This document shows, in pieces, positions 11,411-24,200 of a stretch of 64,000 nucleotides of DNA (position 1 is the first letter of the stretch; every line of letters begins with the position of its first letter). Where the stretch lies: assembly GCA_050084515.1 (NCBI GenBank), contig CM114271.1, positions 41,292,001 through 41,356,000 of the forward strand, given 5' to 3'. Source of the stretch: Blasia pusilla (taxonomy: Eukaryota). The notes under the pieces are model-generated. The model did not search any database. It was not told the DNA's origin and worked only from the letters and a program-made list of their open reading frames with translations. The position numbers were made by a program, and so were the translations under genes.

Positions 11411-14400
11411 GTGGTAGCAATCAAGGAGGGTGTTAGGGTGTTAGATCTCTTTAGAGGGATTAGCATCGGATTGGCTGCAGTATTGCAAGCGGGCATGCGG
11501 GTGCATCAGTACCTTTATGTGGAGAGAGATGAGACCGCACGGCGAGTATCATTACGTCACGTGGCGAGATTGGTCCAGAGGTACCCTGAGTTGATGCCGG
11601 TTTTTGCAGTACGGGGATATCAGCATACACTTTCCGCCGACATCTCATTGGTGGGGGCGCAGGATCTGGATAGAGTTGGCACCATTCATTTGGTGATTGC
11701 TGTATGGCCATGTCAAGGTCATTCATCACCTGGCCGAGGATTTGGATTGCAGGATCCGAGGTCAGGGATGTTTAGGGAGATGCTGCGAGTAGTATGACAC
11801 TTGCAGGAGAGTCACACATGTTCTCCAACGTACATTTTGGAGAACGTGCCGTTGTGGGGAGACACTCATGCAGGTGTGATGACGAATGTGCATCATGTGA
11901 GGTCCTGGTTGGGACCTGTTGTGTTGTTAGATGCAGCGAGAGTTGGATCATGTGCCCATCGTCCACGAATGTGGTGGACGAACCTGATACCATTAGAGGT
12001 ACTCAGTCGAGCATACGATGGAGTCCACGGAGCACCACATCTCACAGTGGATGCTATTTTGGGCTCAAGGCGTCGATCTCAGGTGGTGACATGGGATGAT
12101 AGACCACCGTTGGCCATGGCCAATAGGGTGGGGAAGTTGAGGGCAGCCTTACCTACGTTGGTGAGCTTCCCATGCCTTTCATCAGGAAGGGCCTGGCATG
12201 ATTTGGGATGAGGTGACCAGAGCATTGGAGGAGCCTTCAGCAAATGAGCGCGAGCGCGCCATGGGGGTTTGCTGGCGGTGCCAAGAATGACTGAGGCATC
12301 GCGGAGACAGGTGTTGGGGCAAGCGATGGACCTCAACTATCTCACATGGATAGTCAGCCTAGGTATGGCTTAGCAGAGACAGATGCGAGTGTCATCCATG
12401 CCGTCATGTCCACAAGTTGGACCATTGCCTACAAGATCTGTACAGGCATTGGTTGGGGGCGAGAGGAGGAGAGATGGGCACCCATGGACTTCATGGGACG
12501 TCGTTCGAGCAGAGAGTGCGAAGGCGTCCAGAGTAGCACATGTTCATTTTTTGGATGTGCAGCATGGTATAGGAAGTCAGAGTGGAGTGGTTGTTGCGGA
12601 GGTGGCTAGGGTTGCTACATAGCAACCAAAGTCGGAGGTTGCGTCCTCTCCGAGTGAGGTCACGATGGAGACTTGGGAGCCTATGATAGGTCTCAAGTTG
12701 ATAGGAGGAGAGCGACGGCGAGTTCATAGGTTTCTCAGAGGGCATGTTAGTTGTTTTGTCTTCAGTATGAGAGACTTGGGTACGCTGAAGGGTCCCGGGA
12801 TACAGATTGAGTTGGCTAGTGATACTCCAATCTTTTGTCGACCCTACAAGTATTCCAATATGGGGCAAGCCTTGATTCAGAGCAGGAGTCAGGACTTGTT
12901 GGAGGCAAGGCTTGTGGAGTTATCACATGGGGAGTATGCATCTGCCACAGTCATGCCGGCGAAGAAGGATATGTATGGCAATTGGAAGGATAGGCGAATG
13001 TGTGGAGATTACCGTCCTATCAACCGACAGACGAGGTCAGATCGGTATGCCATGCCTATTCCTGAGGAGATCTTTGATGCGGTAGGGCATGCAAAGATCT
13101 TCAATACTTTAGATCTCCGTGCTCGCTATCATCAGCTTCCTATGAAGTTGAAGGACAGGGAGAAGACAGCATTCTGGGGGATAGATCGGTTCGGGAGAGA
13201 TTGCTTGTATCAATGGTGGTTCTTACCATTTGGGTTGAAGAATGCGCTTGCAGAGTTTCAGATAGTGATTGATAAGATTTTGGTTGGCTTGGATTTTGTA
13301 CGATGTTACATAGATGATATTCTTATCTTCAGTTCCACGTTTGAGGAGCATGAGCGACACCTGGAGGAGGTATTTCGGCGATTGCAGTTACATGGACTGA
13401 AGTTATATCTAGGAAAGTGCAGATTCTTTCAGGAGCAGATTGAGTATTTGGGACACACCATATACCCAAGTAGGTTAGGCGTTCAGCAGACGAAGGTAGA
13501 GGCTATTGCACAGATTCCACGGTATGTCAAGGTTTTTAGTGCGATCGCAAAGTCTTTGACCTTGTTGACGAGACTTGATCATGTTTGGTTGTGGGGAGAT
13601 GATCAGGAGCGAGCATTTTAGGAGTTCAAGGACAGGTTGATGTCCTTACCCATTTTTCTGAGAGACGGTTAGGGTCGCCCATTCCAGTTACATATGGATT
13701 GGAGCATGTTGGGTCTAGGAGCAATGCTTACCTAGAGGGATGAGGAGGAGAGGGAGTTCGTTGTGGCTTACGCAAGCCGATTGAACAACATTGCAGAGGC
13801 GAAGTAGAGTTCCTACAAGCAAGAAAGCTTGGCTACAGTCTGGGCCGTGGCACATTTCAGGTGCTATTTATTTGGCGACCCTTTCACACTTATCACTGAT
13901 CATCAGCCGTTGAGGTGGTTGATGGAGTCTGAAAAGCTTACGGGAAAGCTTGCTAGGTGGGCTCTATTACTACAGGAGTATGAGTTTGAGGTGGTTCATA
14001 GGCCAGGTTGGCTGAACCAGGATGCGGATGGGTTGAGTTGTAACCCATGTCCGAGTCAAAGAGATGACAGAGGAGCTCGATGGCACGGAGAGAGTGATGA
14101 GGAGATGGTGCCCGGTTGGCATGCATCTGCCTATCTTTGTTGGTTGACTATGGCAAGTCAGCCACAGTTGATGACTTCAATGGTGGGGTTGGATGATGAG
14201 TCTTTGGATCTGGAGGTCAGTGAGGAGGCGACAGGTGGTCGTGATATCCATGACGACGTGGAGGTTGTGGAGTTCTTGCGCACTGGGGTACAGCAGTTTG
14301 TGGCCATATGTATGGTATGTGACAAAGTGCGAGCATCCTTCAATGCTCACACTCTGCAGTTGCATCCTTTGCCGATTATGGGTTTAGGTTATCGGTGGAG

Positions 14401-15560
14401 TTTAGACTTTGCGGGACCTTTGCCATTGACGAGGCGTCATCATAGGTACGTGTTGGTCATGGTGAAGCATTTCTCCAAGTGGATAGAGTTGGTGGCACTA
14501 GCGGACAAGGTGAGCGAAGGAATAACTTATGCGTTTCTAGATCGTGTGCTTAGTCACTTTGGTGCACCGGCGGAGGTGTTGACTGACCAGGGTACCGAGT
14601 TCAGGGGAGAGTTTCAGGCCTTGTGTGATCAGGCGCTGATAGATCACCACACCACGTCCAGAGATCATCCTTAGGCGGATGGGTTGGCGGAGAGAGTGGT
14701 ACAGACGGTGAAGAGAAGATTGCGAAAGTATAGCTTGTAGCGGGGACAGTTGAGGGAGTGGGACCTACAGTTGCCATGGTTGGCTATGGGTTATTGCTTT
14801 AGTGTGCAAGCATCCTTGGCGTCATTTTCACCATACTTTTTGCTCTTTGGGAGAGAGCCAAATTTACCTGCAGCGATTCGACGTGACATGGCAGAGGTGT
14901 TAGATCTTGATGATCCAGATGTGTGGGTACAAGCATGTTCTCAGAGGGCGGAGGTTTGTTGTAGAGTTATGCCTATGACCTTTGAGAACTCAGCTATTGC
15001 TCAGCATAGAGATACATTGAGGTACGCGACCATTCGTGGAGGAGGTTATCGTCCAGGGATTAGGAGGTTTCATCCTGAAGATTACGTGTATTTACAGCAG
15101 GCGGCACCCACGACGCTAGATGTCACTGCAGGGCGCACGATCCTACGTGTGCGCGAGGTATTACCGACCGGAGTCCTCATGTTGGAGGAACGGGATGGTA
15201 TGGTTTGGAAGGATCATGTGCACAATTGTGCACCATGTAATCTTTGCAACGTAGATGGGACAGTGGATCCGAGCTTGGCAGTGGTACCTGCAGGCTTGAG
15301 GTGTATGTTGCGCGGATCTGTGAGGGATGCAACCATCATGTTGGTATGTGATGGTTGTTCTCGAGGGTGGCATATGTCATGTCTGACCTTCCCTCTTGAT
15401 GTGGTTCCCACCGGATGATGGATGTGTCCGAGATGTGTATAGGGTAGTAGGTCATGTCAGAGAGATGTGATATTTTCTATCTGGAGTTGGGGGGATCCAA
15501 CTGCGAGCTAGGGGGGCGGTTGTGTAATCTCCATGTATATGTATGAGTTGATTTTTTTAC
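11411..15560 (+). mobile_element. Most complete DNMT-RT-RNaseH-integrase-PHD Ty3/Gypsy copy (internally deleted pseudogene), with PPT
   Basis: DNMT motifs I, IV, VI, VIII, IX and X at 11441-12331; RT ORF 12665-13621 (RMCGDYRPIN, LDLRARYHQ, LPFGLKNA, YIDDILIFS); RNase H and integrase 13829-14674 (TDQGTEF); PHD 15302-15442; PPT at 15506-15519 then TG at 15521. Confidence 0.93.
11423..12380 (+). pseudogene. Retrotransposon-borne DNMT3-like C5 cytosine methyltransferase domain
   Basis: VRVLDLFRGIS (motif I), YLYVE (II), DI, VIAVWPCQGHS (IV, catalytic Cys), ILENV (VI), DAARVGSCAHRPRMWWTNL (VIII; compare DNMT3 AAHRARYFWGNL), ERERAMG (IX), RRQVLGQAMD (X). Confidence 0.9.
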
Positions 15561-15619
15561 ATGTGTGGATCAACCCATGTGTGGGGAAGATCGGTGTTGT
15601 ATGGTGTTGCGGTCTTGCA

Positions 15620-17740
15620 TTGGACCGGCGGTGTTGTTGGCTTGCGTGCACATCATCCACGCTTGTGGTGGACAAACTTGTTGCCTAGGGAGGTTCTACG
15701 TCGAGCATATGATACAGTGCAGCGGGATCCTTGCCTTACAATGGATAGTATCTTGGATACTGGGCAACTTTCTCAGGTGGTGAGGGTTATTGATCGGTCA
15801 CCCAAGGCAAGGGTGAACCGTCTGGGCCAGCCTAGGATGACACTATCCACATTTTTGAGTTTTCCCTTGTCACATGCCTATAGGGAAGGTGGTCCCGGGC
15901 TTGTATGGGATTCTCATGTGCGACAGTTGGTGGAGCCTAATGCTGATGAGAGAGAGCGTGTGATGGGATTTGCTACTGGTGTGATAGCGATTGCTTCCAT
16001 TTCTGAGGCTTCACGACGTCATGTGTTGGGTCAGGCCATGGACCTGAATTGTTTGACTTGGATTTTGAGTCTTGGTATGGCCGAGCAGCGTCGACTTCGG
16101 ACTATGTCTGTGGGTCTTCCACCCCTTGTAATGAGCTCGATGGCTACCATGACAGTAGAGGCATCGGTTGGGGGCGAGGAGAGTAGTATTTTGCATCCTT
16201 GGAGTAAATGGGATGTAATGGCTGGGCATGTGGAGTTGGTTGCTCATGCTGGTGGAGGAGTTATTTGCTCAGATGATGGTGTAGCTAAGGGTGTACCATC
16301 TTGTGAGGGGATTGCGTAGCAGCCAATGGCATCGTCCTCTCCCTCTAGTGTGCTAGTGGAGGAGACTTGGGAGCCATTACTTGGGCCCAAGCTTACGGGA
16401 GGTGAGAAACGACGCTTGACACAGTTCCTACATGCTTATAGGAGTTGTTTTGCCTTTAGCATGAAGGAGTTGGGTGCTCTGGTTGAACCCGGTATACGGA
16501 TTGATTTGGCTAGTGATACGCCAATCTTCCGTCATCCCTACCGATATAGTGATATGGAGAGGGACATGTTTCAAAGTAGGACGTTGGACCTTTTGGAGGC
16601 TAGATTAGTGGAGTTTTCGCATGGAGAGTATGCATCAGCCACTGTCATGCCTCCTAGAAAGGATATGCATGGCAACTACACGGATAGGCGAATGTGTGGA
16701 GATTACCGTCTTATCATTCGGCAAACCAAGGCCGATAGGTATGCCATGCCTTCACCTGAGGAGATCTTTGATGTGGTGGGACAGGCAAAGATTTTCAGTA
16801 CTTTGGATCTTCGGGCAGGATACCATCAATTGCCGATTCAAGAGAGTGACAAGGCCAAGACAGCATTTTGGGGTGTCAACTCTCATGGCAAGGATTGTTT
16901 GTACCAGTGGAAATTCTTATCCTTTGGATTGAAGAATGCACCTGCCGAGTTTCAGAGAGTGATGGACAGAGGCTTCACATACCTCCGATAGTATGTTCGC
17001 CAATCCCTTCATAGTACATACCTCCGATTAGTGCTATGGCAAAGCCTTTGAACCAATTGCTGAAATCAGATCAAGAGTGGCACTGGGAAGATGATCAGGA
17101 GAGAGCTTTTGTGGAGCTCAAGGCCCAATTGGTGGCGGTGCCTATGTTGAGGAGACCTATGAGAGGGCGCCCATTTCAGTTACACACTGATTGGAGTAGG
17201 TTGGGACTTGGAGCGGTGTTGACACAACATGATGATGAGCACATGGAGTTTGTGGTGGCATATGCAAGTCGTTTGAATTATGCAGCGGAGTCGCGCTATA
17301 ATTCATATGAGGGAGAGTGCTTGGCAGTAGTGTGGGTTGTGGCACACTTTAGGTGTTACTTTTTTGGCATACAATTTACCCTTGTTATTGATCACCAGCC
17401 GCTCAAGTGGTTGATGGAGTCTGACAAGCTTACAGGGAAGCTTGCACGGTGGGCTCTTATCTTACAGGAGTATGACTTCCAGGTGGTACATAGACTTGGA
17501 GTTGCCAACCTTGATGATGATGGGTTGAGTAGGAACCCATGTACTAGTGAAGAGAATGCAATTGGGGCTAGATGGCATGGCGAGGTTGATGAGGAGATGG
17601 TGCCAGGTTGGCATGCATCCGCCTTTTTATGTTGGTTAGGGGTGGATATATGTTGTGTAGCGATATGTATGTGCACGACACGGTCTAGAACTCCGCACTC
17701 AATCACTCCATATGTGGCAATGATCAGTTGCCACATGCGG
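15620..17740 (+). mobile_element. Diverged subfamily copy: DNMT C-terminal half, RT, RNase H, then an LTR fragment
   Basis: AHHPRLWWTNL, EPNADERERVMGF and RRHVLGQAMD in ORF 15561-16319; RT ORF 16326-16991 in the same frame; RNase H 17036-17640 (FQLHTDWS, EGECLAVVW). Confidence 0.9.
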
Positions 17741-18278
17741 TTGGACGCCTCTCTTAGACTTTTAACTAATCTCCACTGAAACTCCTATAAACTCTTCAGC
17801 TTGTTGGTTCCCACAACCTGGTAGCTCCAACCATGGATGGGAGTTGGAATGGTTCCTCATTCTAATTAAACCCCTCAATACATCACTCCACTTCGTGTCA
17901 CTCCACTACCACTGCTCGCACTATCCCGTTCTTTTGAACCGTGGAAGAATGCCGTGATGAAAACCTTGTCTCACACGCTCGAGCACTGAGACTCACCAAG
18001 AATCTCCCACACTCCTCACTAGTTCACTAATGCTAATGCTAATATTGTTATGACACACCCGGCCTCACGCACACTTAACACTTGGGCTTACCGTGAGCCT
18101 CTCCAAGAAGCTCACCTAAGCTATTGACACTCTCTCGGGTCAAACACGTGACCACTACTCGGGAAATCTCCATGTTTCCACAAACATGCTATACATGCAA
18201 GGATTCTACACTTGTCACCATCACTACACTTGGCTAACCTAAGCTCTACTCGATACCCAACACCCTCAATGACACTAG

Positions 18279-18336
18279 ACTTGAATGGGTAACTTGAATG
18301 GGTAACTTGAAAAGGGACTTGAATGGGTAACTTGAA
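18279..18336. repeat. Short tandem repeat, 13-bp unit ACTTGAATGGGTA, about 4.5 copies
   Basis: Directly visible; one related unit occurs at about 33941. Confidence 0.8.
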
Positions 18337-18349
18337 CACACATGCCATC

Positions 18350-19490
18350 CTTTGTGTTGCACGTTCAGCACTAACTACTCCATGTGGTACAACTACCTCT
18401 ACGACACGACAATCTCCTCGAGCAGCATATCGAATCTTTCCTCAACGGATGCAGACTACTCGTCGGCATTGGCACGTGAATTAGAGTGGGTGGGTCTATC
18501 AGGCCTGCGCAGCAATGCCCCTTAATTGCCCGCACTACCCAGGCACTCCTCTCGGTTGCGGCTTCCGTCCATCTGTTCCTTCTCTCCCAACTCGACTTCT
18601 CACGGTGCTCGTCTCGACTTTCGGCTTGGCTTGGCTTCAACTTACGGCCCGTAGGCCCATGCGTCCTTCATCATTTTGTCTACTCAACCACGTTAGACCT
18701 AAAATCTATGACCTAAAATGTGACAAGAGACCTAAACGACTACCAAGACCTAGCCGAGTTTACTCAATAGCCTCCCGACGCCTAGAAGACCTAAAGCTCC
18801 TTCTCTTCTCTTTCTCGACACTCGACATTCGCCACTCACCCGTCAATCCCACACTCTGCACTAAATTTGAGTGTCATTCCCCGACACTCTACTACAACCT
18901 TACGTTAGTTTGCACCAACAAAACATGAGAAAACAGAGAGCGCTTCCGTGCACGACCTTTGATTTAATGAAAAATGATAAACCCACACACCAACGAACGT
19001 CTCCTGGAGCTCCCCACTGAGGCAACTCACTTGCCTACCTGAATACAATGAATTTTCCCTTGCCCCTAGACATCTTTCTTACGTAAAATCAGAGTAAAAA
19101 TGACTCATCCAGCCTAAAACTCCATTCATGAATCTAGATGGGCATATCGAGCCACATCCATCCTCCGCTATGAGGGAATCCGGACGCTACCATCTCTCCC
19201 TCTCTTATAGCCTCTTTTGGGAGGAAGAGCCTTTTTGGCTCTTCCCCCCAAAAATAGCCTCCAAATGGTAACCAACGAGCACAAGTGACCATTGACTTGG
19301 TCAATGGGTCACATGGGCAGAAATAAAAAAGAAGGAGAATTGTCATAAATGACATTCTTGACGCAACACACCAGTCATCAATTAACCTCATCCGACACCT
19401 TAGGACGAAGTTATACCCAAACCTCCCTTTGACCCTCTATGCCGACGCGGTAGAACTTTACCTGTCGGCTAACTAAGTTGTGCCAGCCAA
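18350..19490 (-). mobile_element. Inverted LTR/leader fragment of the Gypsy family
   Basis: The reverse complement of 19000-19490 aligns by eye with 10470-11050 (GGAAGAGCCAAAAGGCTCTTCC, AGAAAGATGTC, GTAGGCAAGYGAGTTGCCT). Confidence 0.7.
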
Positions 19491-20415
19491 CATCTCTCTA
19501 CCATGAGTGTTGTAGACCAGATTTTCACTTGGTGTTTAGTGCCATAGACTTCGCACTAGCACTTTTGCTTACATTGCCAACAAATGCACAATTTTGAAGT
19601 ACTCTCATATTATCTAATGTGTTTTTCCAATGAATGGTATCTCCACTTACATTCTTTATGGACATTTAATTTCTACCCAACTTTCTCGTGTCTTATAAAT
19701 GGCCAACAATCCACCATTTAAATGGATCGTTCTAGGGCCGCACACTTGTTTCAAATTTGCGGGAGGAAAAATCAATGTTGGGAGATCTAGATGAGGACTA
19801 GTTTGACACCATGAGTGACATAGGTGTCACCTTTGGGAGGTAATCCTCCCAATAGATGGAATTTCTGCAAACATAAATAACTTCATGAAAGAACACAAGT
19901 TTTGATTTATGAAGAGCTTTATGTCATACTCTAAGTTGGTTCACAAATCTCTTCACACAAGTGGAAAATACATATGGATCTTATTAGACTCTTCAAAACC
20001 ACTTATAGGATGTCGATTTGTTAAATAGATAAAGAAAATTTTTTCATGGCCCAATATTTTAATGATGTTCGCAAATTGTTTTTAATGATGTAACTCACAT
20101 AGGAGCGCACGGAAGGATTTAAATTATTAAAACTAAAGGCATTTTCCACTAGAAGACAAAAGTATCAACGTGAAAAAAAATAATTTAAAAGAACCTCTCC
20201 ATACATATAAATGTGGGTAAGAATTAAATTAATTGGAGATCAGTAATGAGTGGGATCTTAAGAGGTGTTGCAAATCCAAGAATAAATACTTCAAATGGGC
20301 ACATTTTAAGTATTTATTCTTGGATTGTGGGTAGCTTGGGTTGGACTAGTTCTTTGTATTCACAATGCTCTGCGGGATATCATGTTGAGTATTACTTGAG
20401 AGAGTGGTTTCCACG

Positions 20416-20418
<3 letters not shown>

Positions 20419-20470
<52 letters not shown>
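20419..20470. repeat. (AG)26 microsatellite
   Basis: Directly visible. Confidence 0.97.
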
Positions 20471-20471
<1 letters not shown>

Positions 20472-21201
20472 CACTACTCCATGTGGGAGTCCCTTATCCA
20501 TGGTGATCTTTGTACGACACGAGAGACTGAGGTGATGGTAGCGGTCGTTGTAGTGACATATCCTACGCAAGGGCCTGTGCGAGCCCAGGTGGTGGCACAA
20601 GCGAGATTGCCACAAGGAGCTGCAACGAAATAGACCCATCTCTATAATCGACTTCATGATGGACATCGAAATGTCCCCCTAGCTAGAGATGTATGGGGCT
20701 ATGGGGGAGAGGTTTGACTCGTTCCTTATGGATTGCAATCATCATCTCTAATTGTTGTAATTCTTTGTTGCAAGCATCGGGTTTGAACGTACTAGGGGCT
20801 CACTTAGTGTCTCTCTAGGTGTTGCGGATAATGTCCATGGTGATGGGGAATTTAGCTGGATGGTGGATTTAGCCGGTAAGGAGGTGCCACCTTTCTTTTT
20901 CTGAGCCAGTTGTGTCTTTAGCCAACTCCACGTTTTGAAATCCCGCCTTTTTTAATTCTATGATGAGGTTTTCTTCTCTCAATTTCACCCGGGCAAACTT
21001 GTACCACACGACATAACTGGCCGACATAAGTAACTACTTGAGATGACAAAAGCCAGATACAAATCTCGGAGAATCTGATAAAAAATGCGGAAAAGTTGGG
21101 AAAATTTCACTCGCAAAATGTATGAAGCAATTGTACCCGATTCCAACGTCGGATACATTTCGTTGGGTTACATACAAAGAAATCACATTGTTTTTTCTTT
21201 A

Positions 21202-24200
21202 CTAAAGGGGAGGCACCGGACAACCGCAAGATGCATGTTCGGGCATGTTCCTCAAAGGACTATGGACTAACGCTTCCGAGGAACAAGAGGAGTGATCAGC
21301 TGATTTGCACCATGGCTTGTTGCAGTTGCCAGTCGCAAAAGTTTTGCCTTGAGGTTTGGCGAGGTGTGAATCTCCAGAGAATGCAATTACTACATCCGAG
21401 GGAGAACTTCCGCTCCCTTGATGTTGAGAGCTACTCGTTGCAGAGCAGGATGCTGGATTTCTCCGTACTAATCGCGATGAACTCCCAGAACTGCCCATCT
21501 CGCAGCAAGTCATCGACGAAGCACTCTGCGCAGAGCCGCACAAATGACCGATTGATGGCTCGAGAGTGCTCTTGAAGCCATGGTTCATATCCTGGGTACT
21601 GTGTTCTTGTTCATGATCAGATCTGTTGGCTTCTCCTGTACATTTCTTGCTCGAGCAGCACTTTTGCTCAGAGTTGGTCCCAGGGCAACTTTCATCGGCG
21701 TTTGGAGAATTTCCTACACTGATGAGGCGGTTGCACTTGGTAGTATCTGGAATGATTCCTGAAGTACATTTCTTGCTGACCTCTAGTGAAACTGAGCAAC
21801 ACTTCGTCTCTGGGCCTGCTTTTGAGCTGGGTGCCGGACAACACTTTTTGCCTGATATGCCCAAGTCTAAACCAGATTTTGAGCTGCAAGTAGGTCCCGA
21901 ACGACATTTCATCTCGGGAACTTTTGAATCTGGGGAACGCTCGGTCTCAAAACGAGGTTTGGATCCAGAACAACACTTTTTTTCAGTAACCTTGGAATCC
22001 GAGCAAAGTCTGCTCTCCACATCACTCGTTGAGAGGCAGGTGGTTGTTTTGCAACACTTTTTCTCAGGATTCCTAGGATCTGAGTGCTGCATCGTCTCTA
22101 AACTGGGTCTTAGGCAGCATTGAGTGCTCAGTCCCAGTTCTGATCCGGCGACCATTTTTCGGGGGACTTTAAACGAGCTTCCAATGTCTTGGTTTGCTAC
22201 TGTGCAACACTGTTTGCCTCGACATGACTCTGATCGTTCGTACTTTTCCCTCAAATCATGGCCATAGCTATTCTGTCGAAGCGGCCAGCAGGTAACCCTC
22301 ACTCTGTGATGATCGTGGTCTTCTCCATCATGCTTGTGGTCACTACTGCCATATTTTCCTGTCTCTTGGTCATTCTGACCGAGTTCGTGTTGATGAGTTT
22401 GCTGGCAATGATTATGACTATGACTGTGATGCGCATGTTGTTGGTGTTTCTTCGATTCGAATTTAGGCAAAACAACACCCACTTTCCTGTTGAGCAGACG
22501 CATACTGTTGAATATCACCACCAAGCACGTTCCAACGTCGGCCAGCACTGCCGCCCAAAGGGATGGGTATCCTGCTGCAGCAATAATGATGATGGCGATT
22601 TTCGTGAAGAAGGAGAAGGACACATTTTGTATTATCTTTCTTCTGCAATCCCTTCCCAATTCGATTGCCACAACCAGCTTCCGCAGATCGTTTGTCATTA
22701 GGGCTATGTCCGCTGTTTCCATAGCAACTGCGGACCCTGCAACGCCCATTGCAAGTCCAATATCGGCTACGGCCAAAGCTGGTGCATCGTTGATGCCATC
22801 TCCCACCATTGCTGTAACTCCGGTCGGCTTGAGATCCTTTACGAGATTAACCTTATCTTCGGGTAGGAGCTCAGCATGAACTTCTATGTCACCAAGCTGG
22901 AAACATATCACCAGAATGCCCGGTTAGGACTGAAAATACCATGCTACGACAGATTTTGCAACCTAAGGTTATTTGGTGAACGTGAGTAACTTGGTTATAA
23001 AGGAGGACTAGGCGCCCATACCTTGTTATGGACAGCTGTAGCCGCAAGTTCACTGTCACCCGTGAGCATGACAACACGCACCCCCATATTCTATCAACAA
23101 CAAATAGAACAATCAGAAATTTCTTTGAAGGAATGCGAAATCTTGCGCAGGACAAGGAGGCTTCATAATCACTGAACCTTAACAAATCCATGTGGACTTG
23201 ACTTCGCTCTTCTAATCACACATTATAGGGACCGTCAACTTACCTTAAGACTTGACACTGCCTCGGCTGCTTCAGGTCGAACTGAATCAGCTACTGCAAA
23301 AATGCCTATCGGTCGCCCGTCGACAGCAACCCAGCCAACGGTGGCGCCCTGACCACTCCACTGGTCCGAGATTCCAACGTTTATATCTACGATCCGAGAA
23401 GATACTGTGGTAAGTTTTCTAAATTGTGGGAGATCATCTCATCTGTTTGTAAGTTCCAATACCCACTGGTAAGTAGATATATACACTAGCCTCGACATCT
23501 GTTTACAAGTTACAGACACATTTGCCGGACCAGAGAACCCATGGATATGACAAATTACCACACTGAGTCCTTGTCTGTTCGTGAACGATGCTTTATCAAA
23601 CGAGAGAGCAAACTTTCAGCAATTCCACATCCTTTTTCTACTCGAGACAGAATGGCGTACCTTGAACACCTTTCAGGCGTGCAGCCAAACGAGCATTTCC
23701 TATCTCCACCTTTTGATCATCAACTACTGCAGATACTCCCTCTCCTGGTATGATCTCAAAATCTGTGGTATCGCCGTATGGTTCCACCCCATGAAGGCGT
23801 GCATATGAAACAAGTGCTGGTGCTAATGGGTGGCTAGATTTGTTTTCGACACACGCAATCCTGGAGACGTCACACATCAAAAGAGTCTTAGACAGTGATG
23901 TGTTTGATGTACACGTACACATTTGCTTCTCCCCTTAACCAGCGTCACTTTGGAAAGGTAGGAAACCAGGAACAGGGCATCATGGTTGGAGATGGAGTCA
24001 TCCATAATCCAATCATGTTCCGTTCAGGAGAAAATTCACAGACCTGGAAAAGCTGATAGTTAAATTTAAGTGGTAGATTACCGCATTATGCCCGACTTTC
24101 GTCACTTCTGGTCTCCGGCATCGTTAGACAAGTATAACTTTTCTTTAGTATGATATGTTTCATTCTCGAATTACATGAAACATACCAGTGTAAAATTTGT

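Noticed and set aside
11411-12380. Host DNMT3/DRM gene
   Set aside because: Intronless, multi-copy, frameshifted and in most copies joined to Gypsy RT; motif order is not the permuted DRM order.
21231-22879. Plus-strand ORFs of 114-165 aa
   Set aside because: Antisense shadows of the large last exon of the HMA gene.
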